A DNA stretch of 64,000 nucleotides from Heterodontus francisci. Lineage: Eukaryota. Of the stretch, positions 35,470-48,029 are shown piece by piece; within the stretch, counting starts at the first letter, position 1; each line of letters starts with the position of its first letter. The position numbers were made by a program, and so were the translations under genes. The notes under the pieces were generated by a model that was not told where the DNA came from, ran no database searches, and saw only the letters and a program-made list of their open reading frames with translations. The DNA is taken from NCBI RefSeq assembly GCF_036365525.1, contig NC_090404.1, positions 5,642,001 to 5,706,000 of the forward strand. The letters run 5' to 3'.

Positions 35470-37050
35470 AATCTTTGATAATGGACTCTAGAATTTTCCC
35501 CACTACCGACGTCAGGCTGACTGGTCTATAGTTCCTTGTTTTCTCTCTACCTCCCTTTTTAAATAGTGGGGCAATGATTAGATTCTCTCTTGTTGGAGAT
35601 GATCATTGCCTGGCACTGTGTGGCATGAATGTCACTTCCACTTATCAGCCCAAGCCTGAATGTTGTCCAGGTCTTGCTGCTTATGGGAATGGATTGCTTC
35701 AGTATCCGAGTAGTTGTAAATGGCACACAGCACTGTGAAATCATCAGCGAGCACCCCCACCTCTGAGTTATATTGGACAGAAGGTCACTGATGAAGCAGC
35801 TGAAGATGGTCGGGCCTAGGACATTGCCCTGAGGAACTCCTGCAGTTTTCCTTCTGATTCCCATTGACTTCAAAAAGTGGAGGTCAGATAGATTCGGAAA
35901 CTTGGTAAAATGTTATGTCGAGAGATAGGTAATGGGAAACCTTTTAACAATTAATTCAGAATTCACAGTGATTGCCCATTTCCTGAAAAAAATAATAAAA
36001 ACACAATAATAGTGGTTGAACTGTGGCTAACAAGAGAAGTTAAAGATATTGAAGAAGGAGGCTAATAATGTTGCCTATAAGAGTTGTAAGTTTGAGGATT
36101 GGGAGGATTATAAAATTCAGTAAAGGATGACCAGGAAATGGTTAAAGAAGGAGATAATAGGATATGAGAGTAAACTAGGGACAAAAACAGGTTGTAAAAG
36201 CTTTTATGGGTATATAAAATGGAAGAGATTAGTGAGAGTGAATGTGGGCACCTCAGGGGCAGAGACAGGAGAAATTATATTGGGGAATAAGGAAATGGCA
36301 GAGACATTAAACAAATACTTTGTATCTGTCTTCATGGTTGATGTGCCAGACACCCTGGACACAGTCCATAATCTCTCAAGATGGGATGACACCATCACGG
36401 TAGAAGACACATTCTGGAAGTAATAGCGAACCAAGGGTCTAGTGAGAATGAGGAACTTAGGGATATAATCATAAGTAATGAAATAGTCCTGGAGAATTTG
36501 ATGGGAATAAAAGCCAACAGATCTCCTGGACCTGATGGCCTACACCTAAGGGTTTTAAAAGAGGTTTTGATCTTCCAGAATTTCCTAGATTTTAGAATAT
36601 TCTCCAATGATTAGAAGGGAGCAAATGTAACACCACTATTCGAGAAAGGAGGGAGAGAGAAAGCAGGGAATTACAGGCCTGACATCAGTAGTAGGGAAAT
36701 GCTAGAGTATTATTAGGGAATGTAATAATGTGGTTCTTAAAAAAATCATAATATGATTGCGCAGAGGCAGGAATCCTCACAACATTTAAGAAGTATTTAG
36801 ATGAGCACTTGAAACGCCATAGCATACAAGGCTATGGGTCAAGTGCTGGAAAATGGGGTTAGAATAGATAGGTGCTTGATGGCCGACATGGACACGTTGG
36901 GCCGAAGAGCCTTGTTTCTGTGCTGTATAACTCTATGGCTCTAAATGTGGAGTTGGGGCTGAGATGAGATCAGCCATGATCGTATTGAATGGCAGAGCTG
37001 GCTCGAGGGGCTGAATTGCCTACTTCTGCTCCTAGTTCTTATGTTCTTAA
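35470..37050. mobile_element. Mixed degenerate LINE fragments
   Basis: GVPQGNVLGPTIFSCF (-), EMAETLNKYFVSVF and SPGPDG (+), CR1 tails. Confidence 0.7.
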
Positions 37051-37314
37051 ATCAGCATTTGCTGCACAGAAGTTAGCCTTTTCATAACACTCATCGGAAG
37101 GAGATGGTGATATCACAAAAAGGGACGATCAGTGGGGCTTTAAGTCAGTACCTGACTCACACCAGGATGAGTCCAATTTCCTTCCACTCTGGGGGGGTTA
37201 ATGTTGTTCTTATCCACCATCGGCTTCACGGCCCCTGATTAGAAATGACTGGAAACATTGGTCCAATTGTGTCTGTATGAGGTCACAGCCCCGGGCTCAT
37301 CTTGGGTATTGTGT

Positions 37315-38790
37315 CATAGAGTCATATAGCACAGAAACAGGCCCTTCGGCCCATCGTGTCCACGCCGGCCATCAAGCCTATCTATTCTCATCCCATTTTC
37401 CAGCACTTGGCCCATAGCCTTGTATGCTATGGCTTTTCAAGTGCTCATCTAAATACTTCTTAAATGTTGTAAGGGTTCCTGCCTCTACCACCCCTTCAGG
37501 CAGTGTGTTCCAGATTCCAACCACCCTCTGAGTGAAAAAAAATTCCTCAAATCTCCTCTGAACCTCCTGCCCCTTACCTTAAATCTATGCCCCCTGGTTA
37601 TTGGCACCTCCATGAAGGGAAAGAGTTTCTTCCTATCTATGCTCCTCATAATTTTGTATACCTCAATCAGGTCCCCCCTCAGCCTTTTTTGCTCTGAGGA
37701 GAACGACCCTACCCTATCCAGTCTCTCTGCATAGCTGAAATGCTCCAGCCCAGGCAACATCCTGGTAAATCTCCTCTGCACCCTCTCCAGTGCCATCACA
37801 TCCTTCCTATAGTGTGGTGACCAGAACTTACACAGTACTCCAGCTGTGGCCTAACTAGCATTTTGTACAACTCCATCATAACCTCCCTGCTCTTATATTC
37901 TATGCCTTGACTAATAAAGGCAAGATCCCACATGCCTTCCTAACCACCTTATCTACCTGTGCTGCTGCCTTTAGTGATCTATGCACAAGTACATCAAGGT
38001 CCCTCTGACCCTCTGTACTTCCGATGGTCCTACCATCCATTGTATATTCCTTTGCCTTGTTAGTCTTCCCAAAATGCATCACCTCACACTTCTCAGGATT
38101 AAATTCCATTTGCCACTGCTCTGCCCATCTATATGATTAGATTAAATTAGATTAGAGATACAGCACTGAAACAGGCCCTTCAGCCCACCGAGTCTGTGCC
38201 GAACATCAACCACCCATTTATACTAATCCTACACCAATCCCATATTCCTACCAAACATCCCCACCTGTCCCTACATTTCCCTACCACCTACCTATACTAG
38301 TGACAATTTATAATGGCCAATTTACCTATCAACCTGCAAGTCTTTTGGCTTGTGGGAGGAAACCGGAGCACCCGGAGAAAACCCACGCAGCCACAGGGAG
38401 AACTTGCAAACTCCACACAGGCAGTACCCGGAATCGAACCCGGGTCCCTGGAGCTGTGAGGCTGCGGTGCTAACCACTGCGCCACTATGCCACCAACTCC
38501 CCACTCACCCCTGGAGCAGGGAAGCAGGCTGCAGTTGTTCGTGCCGTGCTTCCCGTGCAGAGACAGGGCTGCCTACCGTACAGCTAATTGCGGCAGTGGC
38601 AGGATGAGGCCTTTAATTGGGCATTAATTGTCCAGTTAAGGGCCTCAGTTGGTGGTGGGGCTAAATTGTGGCTGAGGTGTGAAGGTGGCGGGGTCCCCCC
38701 TGCCACCATCCTGTAATCTAAGGCTTTCCTCCTCACTATTTACAACACCACCAATTTTCGTGTCATCTGCGAACTTACTGATCATACCTC
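37315..38790 (-). mobile_element. CR1 3' fragment containing a full V-SINE (38135-38494)
   Basis: Same family as 2255-3140 (ISKFADDTKIGG, LERVQRRFTRMLPG). Confidence 0.88.
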
Positions 38791-39304
38791 CTGATGACCC
38801 TGGAGTAGCAGCTGCTCTGTGTCTCAAGTGGAGAGTCAATATCAGCATAACAGAAAATGAGATCAAGAGAGATAGACAGAGAGAGTGAGTGATAATCAGA
38901 AAGTGAGCCAGTCAAATGGAGAGAGAAAGACAAAGAGAATGAAAGACAGAGAGAGAGAAAGAGTGATAGACTGACAGTGAATTTCAAATTTTGATATGGA
39001 TATATTTTAGTTGGGTAATGTTATTAAAGGATATGGAACCCAGCTGAGTAACTGTACCTAGGGAATAGGTCTTTCAGAGAGCCAGTGCAGATACAATGGG
39101 CCAAATGGCCTCCTGCACTGTAACAATTTTGTGAATTGAGATATTGATCAATCTTGAGGTAACTAAATGGTGGAACAGATTCGAGGGGCTGAATGGCCTC
39201 CTCCTGTTCACATGTTCCTCTATTTTACAGGATCATGAGACTGATGCCCTGAGGCTCCTCTCTCAATACCAGGGCCTTCAATTCCTGACAGTTATGGAGT
39301 AAGG

Positions 39305-41223
39305 TGTTATGATCCCCATGGAGATCACCAAAACAGCAGACAAACCCTACTCAACGACCTCCCTTTCTGCAGCTGTGATACTAACCCGGATTAACAATGC
39401 CATTCCCCCACCTCTTTTACCTCCCCTCCCTATTCCTTTTGAAACATCTAAACCCCGGAACATCCAACATCCATTCCTGCCCCTGTGATATCCAAGTCTC
39501 CGTAATGGCCACAACATCGTAGCTCCAAGTACTGATCCATGCTCTAAGTTCATCACCCTTATTCCTGACACATCTTGCATTAAAATAGACACATTTTAAC
39601 CCATCATACTGGCTGCAACTTTGCCCTGTCAACTGTCTAACCTTCCTCACAGACTCTCTGCACTCTGTATCTGCTTGTCCAACAGCTACCCCATCCACTG
39701 ATCCATAGCTCCGGTTCCCATCCCCCTGCCAAACTAGTTTAAACCCTCCCGAGGAGCTCTAGCAAACCTCCCGCCCAGGATATTGGTGCCCCTCCAGTTC
39801 AGATGCAACCCGTCCTTCTTGTACAGGTCCCACCTTCCCCAGAAGGTATCCCAATGATCCACATATCTGAAGCCCTCCCTCCTCCACCAGCTCTGTAGCC
39901 ATGTGTTCAGCTGCACTCGCTCTCTGTTTCTCGCCTCACTAGCACGTGGCACCGATATCAATCCTGAGATTACTACTCTGCTTGTCCTGCCTTTTAGCTT
40001 CCAACCTAACTCCCTATATTCGCTTTTCAGGTCCTCATCCCTCTTCCTAGCTATGTCATTGGTACCGATGTGTACCACGACTTCTGGCTGCTCCCCCTCC
40101 CCCTTAAGAATCCTGTAGACTCGATCCAAGACATCCCTGACCCTGGCACCCAGGAGGCAACATACCATCTGGGAGTCTCGTTCGCGACCACAGAATCTCC
40201 TGTCTGTTCCTCTAACCATCGAATCTCCTATCACTATAGCTCTCCTATTCTCCCCACTTCCCTTCTGAGCCACAGAGCCAGGCTCAGTGCCAGAGACCTG
40301 ACCGCTGTGGCTTTCCCCTGGTAGGTTCTCCCCCCCCCCCCCCCCCCCCCCCCCCCCCACAACGGTATACTTATTATTGAGGGGAACGGCCACAGGGGAT
40401 CCCTGCACTGTGCGCCTATTCCCTTTCCCTCCCCTGACGGTCACCCAGCTACCTTTATCCTGTAACTTAGGTGTCACTACTTCCCTATAACTGCTCTCTA
40501 TCACCCCCTCAGCCTCCCGAATGATCCGAAGTTCATCCAGCTCCAGTGCTTAAAGATTATAAATTAAAGATCAGATGCAAAGATAGATGTCTCAGATTTA
40601 TTCGGCAGTCCGCTCAGCAGAGATGGCACTGAATAGTCATAAAGTTCCTCAAAACCATGAACTTCTTCAGGTGCATTTCCAACTCCTGTTCTCCAAGACA
40701 CAAACACAGATGTATTGCCTTCTCGTTGATAGCGAGCGTTGCAGACTTCCCTATAATGTTTCAGTCTTGTCACCTCTCACCAGCCTCAGTCCTACTCACA
40801 ACAGTTTTACTGGTGTGGTTCCACCTGTAACTCTAAGTCACTGAAAACAGCTGTAGCAACTCATGTTTGCCAAAGGCCAGCTCCCAGAAATAAGTATTCC
40901 CATTTTGCAACCTGTCTTTTGAAAAACTAGCAGCTTGCCTGGAAGAACAGCCTGCAGCTTGCTTCCACACTGCAGACCTGGGAACTGACCATTTAATAGC
41001 TCTGGTCGCATGACTCTTTCATTTAACCTTGTTCTGACTTCCCAGACCTCTGAAAATTTTCGCTGCATTTCCCAGTAAATGACTGTCTCAAAAAACAAGC
41101 TTCGACACCAAAGTCCTTGCACCTAACAGGACATTCAATAAGTCAACTGTTCAGATAAAAGTCTGCACATGAGGGTATTCAGGGTACCCTAGACAGGACA
41201 ACAACCTCCCCTTCATAGATACA
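39305..41223. mobile_element. LTR-like sequence interrupted by a CR1 5' fragment
   Basis: Begins tgttatga like the Gmr1-like LTRs and may end at ...gataca. No TSD found. Confidence 0.35.
39347..40550 (-). mobile_element. CR1 5' fragment with open ORF1 (SGNH esterase) and the start of ORF2
   Basis: AIVIGDSMVR, VHIGTNDI, DGLHLN in a 256-aa frame. YFNARCVRNK..ETW follows. Confidence 0.88.
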
Positions 41224-43074
41224 CGATCCCGACTGAAAGACAATGGTGAGTCTGGGCAGAATGATGGGTGGATACAGTGTGTGTTGTCATTATAATGATA
41301 ATCCGACCCTCAATAAATAAACCAAGGAGTGAAATATGAAACATGAGATTTAATTTGGAGCAAATCAGATCTGGGATTGTCTTTCTCACACATGAATGTC
41401 AAGATGGCCCATGTTACCGGGGCTGGTGGAGCTGGACAGGGCCTGACCCAGCACCGACAGGACAGGACATTCCCACTGGGAGGTGATATAAAGCTGAATT
41501 AACACTCGTGTATCATTTTCATTGTTTAATTAATTTTACAATGAGATTCAGTGGATATTTCCTGTCAGGTTACCCTCCAGCTGAAAGGAAGATAAAAGTT
41601 TTCACATCACCAATCACATCAATGTTCACTATAACAGACAGTCCTGGAAAACGTTCCTGCAAATCCCTTTAACAGGATGCTGATGAACTTTACATTCAGA
41701 AATGTAAATGTACAAGGGGTTTATAGTATCATTTAGGTGTGGGATCTGTGATTACTAATCCATTTGAAAAGGGGACCTTCAACCAAAACTCTGAGAATCA
41801 CTGCTGTTGATTCGATGTAACGCTACGTACTCATTGTAATTCTCTGTAACTCTATGTTACTATATCTGACTCCTGACGTAGCTGGAAAAGCTTTTCCTAT
41901 TAATACCACAATTATGCACCATCTCTGAGCTTCTCTAATGGCTGCTTTTTGTCTCCCTCAATTGTGGGTGATATTTGTCCCTATTAACCTGTAAACTGAA
42001 TTCATCTTGATCCAAACTGGCTTCAATGTAAGACAGTTCAGGGAGTCAGGAATCATTCACCCCAAGACCTACACTAGCAGGTAAAACCCCAGACAGTTCC
42101 TTAGTAAGGATTCCTCTATTTCCTCAATGTATATTTGTCAGGATACTGAAACCCAGCTCCTGGAGGCTCCACTCCCTGAGCCTACAACCTTCAGCAGGGT
42201 CAGTGATGGAGTTCCACAGCAGGAGTGATTCCAGAATAACTGTCGGGATCACACCCTCATGGATGCTCCGGGTTATTTAGTTTTAATTATCCTGGTGTCT
42301 AACTTGCACACGTCAATAAAACAGGGAACTCCTGGTAACACTGCAGGTTCTTCATTATCTGGAGATCAAATGTGTGTTGTATTATTGTCCCAGCAGTTAA
42401 CAGACTCCTGTGAACTCCTCTGTCTGCTATTTTAATGAACACCTTAACCTATTTATTTTAAATGGGTTTGTTTTAAATAAGTTAACATCTACTTTGAAAT
42501 GGTAGATTCAGGACTGTCACACAAACATGTTAAATCTTTGTAGACTAATTACCACAGTCATTTTCAGATTGGAAGCTTAAAACTGCAATTTCACTCAGTC
42601 AGGAACAGATCACAGTTTTACACCTATCTCTGATTTGACATCACATTTCTAGCATTTACCATTGTTCTTCCTGACTCTAAACACATTTGTAAAGGAATCG
42701 TCTGTTCCGCACCCAGCCGCTCGAGAGCGCGGCTGGGACACATTTCTTACACACCTCAGGATTAACCCACACGGGGACTTTGCTGTCAGTGAAGAGAGAA
42801 GAGAAAGGCCAAAAAGTGCCTTTTGTCCCTCTCAGTGAGACCCTGATGGACTGTGTCCAGGCTGAAGTTCAGTTCCTTCCATACGATCCTTCCCCAGATT
42901 GTCCTTTCTGAGCTCCAGCCTGGTGATGTTAAACACTCAGAAGGAAAGACAAAAATCTACAACAATGTGTTTAAATCAAAGTTGATTTATTGATAATTTA
43001 TCCAGAATATTAACAGCCAGCCCAAATGGAGAGGTTATCAGCAGGAACACTTCCCAACTATCAGAATAGAAACA

Positions 43075-44372
43075 TAGATAACATATGGAGTAGAAGGAGG
43101 CCATTTGGCCCATCATATCTATGCCAGACAAAAACAGAGCTATCCAGCCTAATCCCACTTTCCAGCCCTTGGTCCATTGCCCTGTAGGTTACAGAAACCC
43201 AAGCGCGTGTCCAAGTGACTTTGAAATGTGATGAGGGTTTCTGTCTCTACTACCCTTTCAGGCAGTGAGTTCCAGACCCCCAGCACCCTCCCAGTGAAAT
43301 GATTTCTCCATTTCCCTCTAACGCTTCTGCAAATTACTACAAATCTATGCCCCTTGGTTATTAACCTCCCCACAAAGAGAAACAGGTCCTTCCTATCCGC
43401 TATATCTAGGCCCTGCATAATTTTAAACACCTCAACTAAACCTCTCCCCAGCCTCCTCTGTTCCAAAGAAAACAACCCCAGCCTATCCAATCTTTCCTCA
43501 TAGCTAAAATTCTCCAGTCTTGATAACATCTTCATAAATCTCCTCTGCACCCTCTCTGTTGCAATCACTCCTACCCTATAATGCGGTGACCAGAACTGTC
43601 CATGTATTCTGGCGGTGGTTTCACTTTAGGGGAGATGGTGATGTCGTGGTAATATCACTGGACTAGTAATCCAGAGGCCTGGGCAAGTGCTCTGGGGACG
43701 CAGGTTTGAATCCCACCCCAGCAGATGGTGACATTTGAAATCAATTAATAATAAATCTGGAACTAAAAAAAGCTAGTCTGATGATGGCCATGAAACCATT
43801 GTCGTTTGTTGTAAAAACCCATCCGGTTCACTAATGTCCTGACCTGGTCTTGCCGACATGTGACTTCAGACCCACAGCAATGTGGTTTTCTTTTAAATGG
43901 CCTCGCAAGGCTCTCAGTTCAAGGGCAATTTGACATGGGCAATAAATGCTGGCTCTTGTACGACTAAAGGAAAGTATCCCGTATGCCTTCCTCACCATTT
44001 TATCTACCTGCCCTACTACCTTCAGACATCGGTGGATATGTACTCCATGGTCCTTCTGTCCTTCTACACTTTGCAGGATCCTATCATTCACTGTTTATTC
44101 CCTCGTCTTCTTTGTCCTCCCCAAATGCATTCTCTCACTTTCCCAGTTAAATTCCCTTTGCCAGTTTTCTGCCCATCTGACCAGTCCATTGATAGTTTCC
44201 TGCAGTCCGCAGCTTTCTTACTCAAAGTCAACCACATGACCCATTTTGTATTATCGGCAAACTTCTTAATCATGCCCCCCTACACTTAAGTCTAAATTAT
44301 TGATACATACAATGAGAACTAAGTGGCCTGGTACTGAGCCCTGTGGAAACCCAACTGAAAACGAGCTTCCAG
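43075..44372 (-). mobile_element. Old CR1 in the ZNF-B2 3'UTR, with a nested family-2 SINE (43632-43955, +)
   Basis: RT C-terminal motifs. Same insertion point as the CR1 at 62890-64000. SINE has tRNA-like A/B boxes (gtggtaatatcactggactagtaatccaga..ggtttgaatccc). Confidence 0.8.
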
Positions 44373-44497
44373 TCAGGATTCAGCCCCGGATGTGACTAAC
44401 AGCAGCAATAACAGCAACAGAATTCAAACCCTGCAGTCACTTGTGAACTCGCTGGTGTCTCAGCAGATTACTTGAATCAGCAAATCCCTTTCCACAC

Positions 44498-45448
44498 TCA
44501 CAGCAGGTGAACGGCCTCCCTCCCAGCGTGAACTCGCTGATGTCTCAGCAGATTGCCTTTACTTTTAAATCTCTTCTCACAGTCGGAACATTTAAAAGGT
44601 CTTTTATCTGTGTGAACAACTTGGTGTATTTGAAGGTGAGATGACTGAGTGAATCCCTTCCCACACACAGAGCAGGTGAATGGCTTCTCCCCAGTGTGAA
44701 CTCGCTGGTGTTTTAGCAGGGTGGATGGATTAGTGAATCCTTTCCCACAGTCAGTGCAGGTGAACTGCCTCTCCCTAGTGTGAATTTGCTGGTGTCTCAA
44801 TACATGGAATGACCGAGTGAATTCCTTCCCACACTCAGAGCAAGTGAACATCCTCCCCCCAGTGTGAGTACGTTGGTGTTGCTGCAGGTAGCTTTTACTT
44901 TTAAACCTCTTCTCACAGTCAGAACACTTAAAAGGTCTCTTGTCTGTGTGAACAAGTTGGTGTGTCAGGAGGTGGGACAACTGACTGAATCCCTTCCCAC
45001 ACAAGGAACAGGTAAACGGCTTCTCCCCAGTGTGAACTCGCTGGTGTGTTAGAACGCGGGTTGACCGAGAGAATCCCTTCCCACACACGGAGCAGGTGAA
45101 TGGCTTCTCCCCAGTGTGAGTACGTTGGTGTTGCAGCAGGTCATTTTTACTTTTAAATCTCTTCTCACAGTCAGAACATTTAAAAGCTCTCTTATCTGTG
45201 TGAACAAGTTGGTGTGTCAGCAGGGAGGATGGATTAGGGAATCTCTTCCCACACACACAGCATGTGAACGGTTTCTCTCCAGTGTGAACTCGACGGTGTT
45301 TCAGCAAGTGCGATGAATTCATGAATCCCTTCCCACACACGGAGCAGGTGAACGGCCTCTCCCCAGTGTGACTGCGTCGATGAGTTTCCAGCTGGGATGG
45401 GTAATTGAATCCCTTCCCACAGTCCCCACATTTCCACGGTTTCTCCGT
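44498..45448 (-). CDS. C2H2 zinc-finger protein ZNF-B2, 11 fingers, start uncertain (ACG)
   Basis: Open frame with 11 fingers. accACGg at 45448. Acceptor at 45815/45814. A twelfth finger is out of frame (44437-44520). AATAAA on the minus strand at ~42990. Confidence 0.87.
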   Translation of the reverse strand, partial: TEKPWKCGDCGKGFNYPSQLETHRRSHTGERPFTCSVCGKGFMNSSHLLKHRRVHTGEKPFTCCVCGKRFPNPSSLLTHQLVHTDKRAFKCSDCEKRFKSKNDLLQHQRTHTGEKPFTCSVCGKGFSRSTRVLTHQRVHTGEKPFTCSLCGKGFSQLSHLLTHQLVHTDKRPFKCSDCEKRFKSKSYLQQHQRTHTGGRMFTCSECGKEFTRSFHVLRHQQIHTRERQFTCTDCGKGFTNPSTLLKHQRVHTGEKPFTCSVCGKGFTQSSHLQIHQVVHTDKRPFKCSDCEKRFKSKGNLLRHQRVHAGREAVHLL

Positions 45449-45890
45449 GGTACGGGTGTCCTTGTGTCTCTCCAGGCTTGACAATCAGTTGAACCTCAGC
45501 CACACACAGAACACGTGTACAGTTTCTCCCCACTGTGAATGGGGTGATAGTTTTTCAGCCTGTGTAACTGGTGAAAGCTCTTTCCACAGTCAGTGCACTG
45601 GAACACCCTCACTCGGGTGTGTGAGAGACTTGGTGCCGTTCCAGTCACACTGATGTTTCAAATCTTTTTCCGCAGACAAAACAGACAAACCTTTCTCCTT
45701 CCACATTCAAAGGATTTTCAAAGGATATTCAGGTCCTGACGATCTGACTCAGTCAGATCTTGATGTGATGTTTGATTTGAGTTTCCCATCTGCAAATCCT
45801 CCCCTTCTAATCCTCTGTAAAAGGAGATTATATAGAATGACATAGACTACACAGTGCACAAACAGGCCATTCAGTCCAACTAGTCTCTGC

Positions 45891-46243
45891 TAGATTAGAT
45901 TAGATTAGAGATACAGCACTGAAACAGGCCCTTCGGCCCACCGAGTCTGTGCCGACCATCAACCACCCATTTATACTAATCCTACACTAATCCCATATTC
46001 CTACCAAACATCCTCACCTGTCCCTACATTTCTCTACCACCTACCTATACTAGTGACAATTTTTAATGGCCAATTTACCTACCAACCTGCAAGTCTTTTG
46101 GCTTGTGGGAGGAAACCGGAGCACCCGGAGAAAACCCACGCAGACACAGGGAGAACTTGCAAACTCCACACAGGCAGTACCCGGAATCGAACCCGGGTCG
46201 CTGGAGCTGTGAGGCTGCAGTGCTAACCACTGCGCCACTGTGC
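45891..46243 (-). mobile_element. Full-length HE1/V-SINE in the ZNF-B2 intron
   Basis: Near-identical to the other copies. Confidence 0.92.
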
Positions 46244-46649
46244 TGGTGCTTATATACATCATGTGTCTGTTCCTCTTCCATCTACCTCATTTCAGCCTTT
46301 CAGCAGATCTTTTTATTCCCTTTGTTCTCATGTTTTCATCTAGTTTCCTCTTGAAAGCATCTCAACTATTTGCCTCAACCAATTCCACATTCTACCCACT
46401 CTGAGTAAAGAAAATCTCTCCTTATTTCCCTATTGGATTTATCAGTAACTGTATTCATGCCCCCTAGATGTGGATTCACTCAAGTGGAAATATTCTCTCC
46501 ACGTCTATTACGTCCAAAGAGCTCGATCACGACACCGATAAGTCTTCTGTTTTCCAAATAAAAAAAGCCCCAACCTTTTCAATCTTTCCCGAAAGCTGTA
46601 ATCTTGCAGTTTACAAAAGGCATCACTGTCAGTCCAGGATAGAAATTCA

Positions 46650-47800
46650 CACGGCTGCATTTGTTGACAACGCAACCACTAGGTGGCCCTGTACTAACAA
46701 TGCGCAAATGCAGCCTCATCCACTTAAACGTCACTGTCTGCGATGTTCAGGCTGCTGCCAGGATTAAAGATGGCGCTGCTCAATTTATCACAGAAAAACA
46801 ACTTCAGCCCATGGCAGCAGACAATGGACATGTTTGATAGATGGCGAACATTGTGATGTTAAAGTCTCATCGAAGGACAGCACCTCTGACAGTGCTGCAC
46901 ACCCTCTGTAATTCTGTGAGGTTTCTGTGCCATCCTGCTCTCCAGCCACTCACTCCCAGCTTCCACCTTCTCCACCATCCCTCCAGACGCTAGCTCGAGA
47001 CCGTGCTACTTCCCTCCTCTCGGCCACGTGTTCCTACATTTCCCCGTCACCCCTCGCAGTGCGATTTGCTTCTTCAGGCGCAGCGAATGGCCAAGAGGAG
47101 GGAAGCGGCCCATGGCCTAGAACGAGTATCTGGAGGCATGGGGGGAGGGAGGGGGAAAGAGAGCAGGGAGTGAGCGGCCGGAGAGCTGGGGGTGGGGGCA
47201 GTGGGCAGGAGGCAAGGAGCGAGCAGTCTGGAATGAGTGGCTGACAGGGGAAGAGCGTTTTTCTGCATTTGTGCCAGTTGGTCCAGGCAAGGCAGGAAGG
47301 ACGTAGGCGGCACTTGCGCAGCATCTCAGAGCACAGGAGACCGTTTGCGCATGCGTGCAGCTTGGAGCGCTCTGATGACGTCAGCGGGACGTCAGGAGTC
47401 ACTTTGAATTCACAGCATTCTTTCCTCCTGCTTCCTGGCCCAGAATGGTCATGCGTGCGCCCTACTGCACATTGCCTCCTATAAGGATGGCGCCCATTAC
47501 TCCGGGCCTGTCACCAGGAGAAGCCCCACAGCTGCCGTGCCACTGCAGTACAAACGCGGGACTGGCAGCTTCTTAAATCAGGACTCGAGGCCAACACCAG
47601 GTGTTTATGAAGCCTGACGGCCCACACTCCGGCTTCATTCCTTTCCTGCACTCGGCGGTTTCTCACCCACTGCCATTCAACACAATCATTTCTGTCCCGC
47701 TCCAGCATCCAGTCTGCACCGTGCCTGTGCGGGGGCTCCTGTAGTGAGGGTAGGGCACATTCTGCCCCGTGGGGAACGCTGGGTAACAGCTCCGCCATTG
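46650..47800. promoter_or_regulatory. CpG-island promoter upstream of ZNF-B2
   Basis: CpG-rich. NRF1-like TGCGCATGCG (47346), CRE TGACGTCA (47376), YY1-like AAGATGGCG (46767). 47483-47650 resembles 26807-26930. Short Deu-SINE-like piece at ~46857-46906. Confidence 0.65.
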
Positions 47801-48029
47801 AAAGACCATTTTACTGAACAGAAAATAGTATTATGATCCTATTGTGATTGGACCCAAAGGGCCAAGATATAAAGTTATCAATTGATACAGAAACCCAAGT
47901 GGACGTGCCCTCCGCCATAATTCTGTCCTGCATGTGATTAACAGTAGCAGTTAAAGCAGAACTAACCCCGGGTCCCTGGTCTGTCAGCAGGTGAGGTGAA
48001 CAAGCGAATCTCGTTCCACTCACTTCCAA

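Noticed and set aside
42712-42737. GC-rich hairpin cccagccgc/gcggctggg
   Set aside because: A single 9-bp stem with no recognisable RNA family or second copy.
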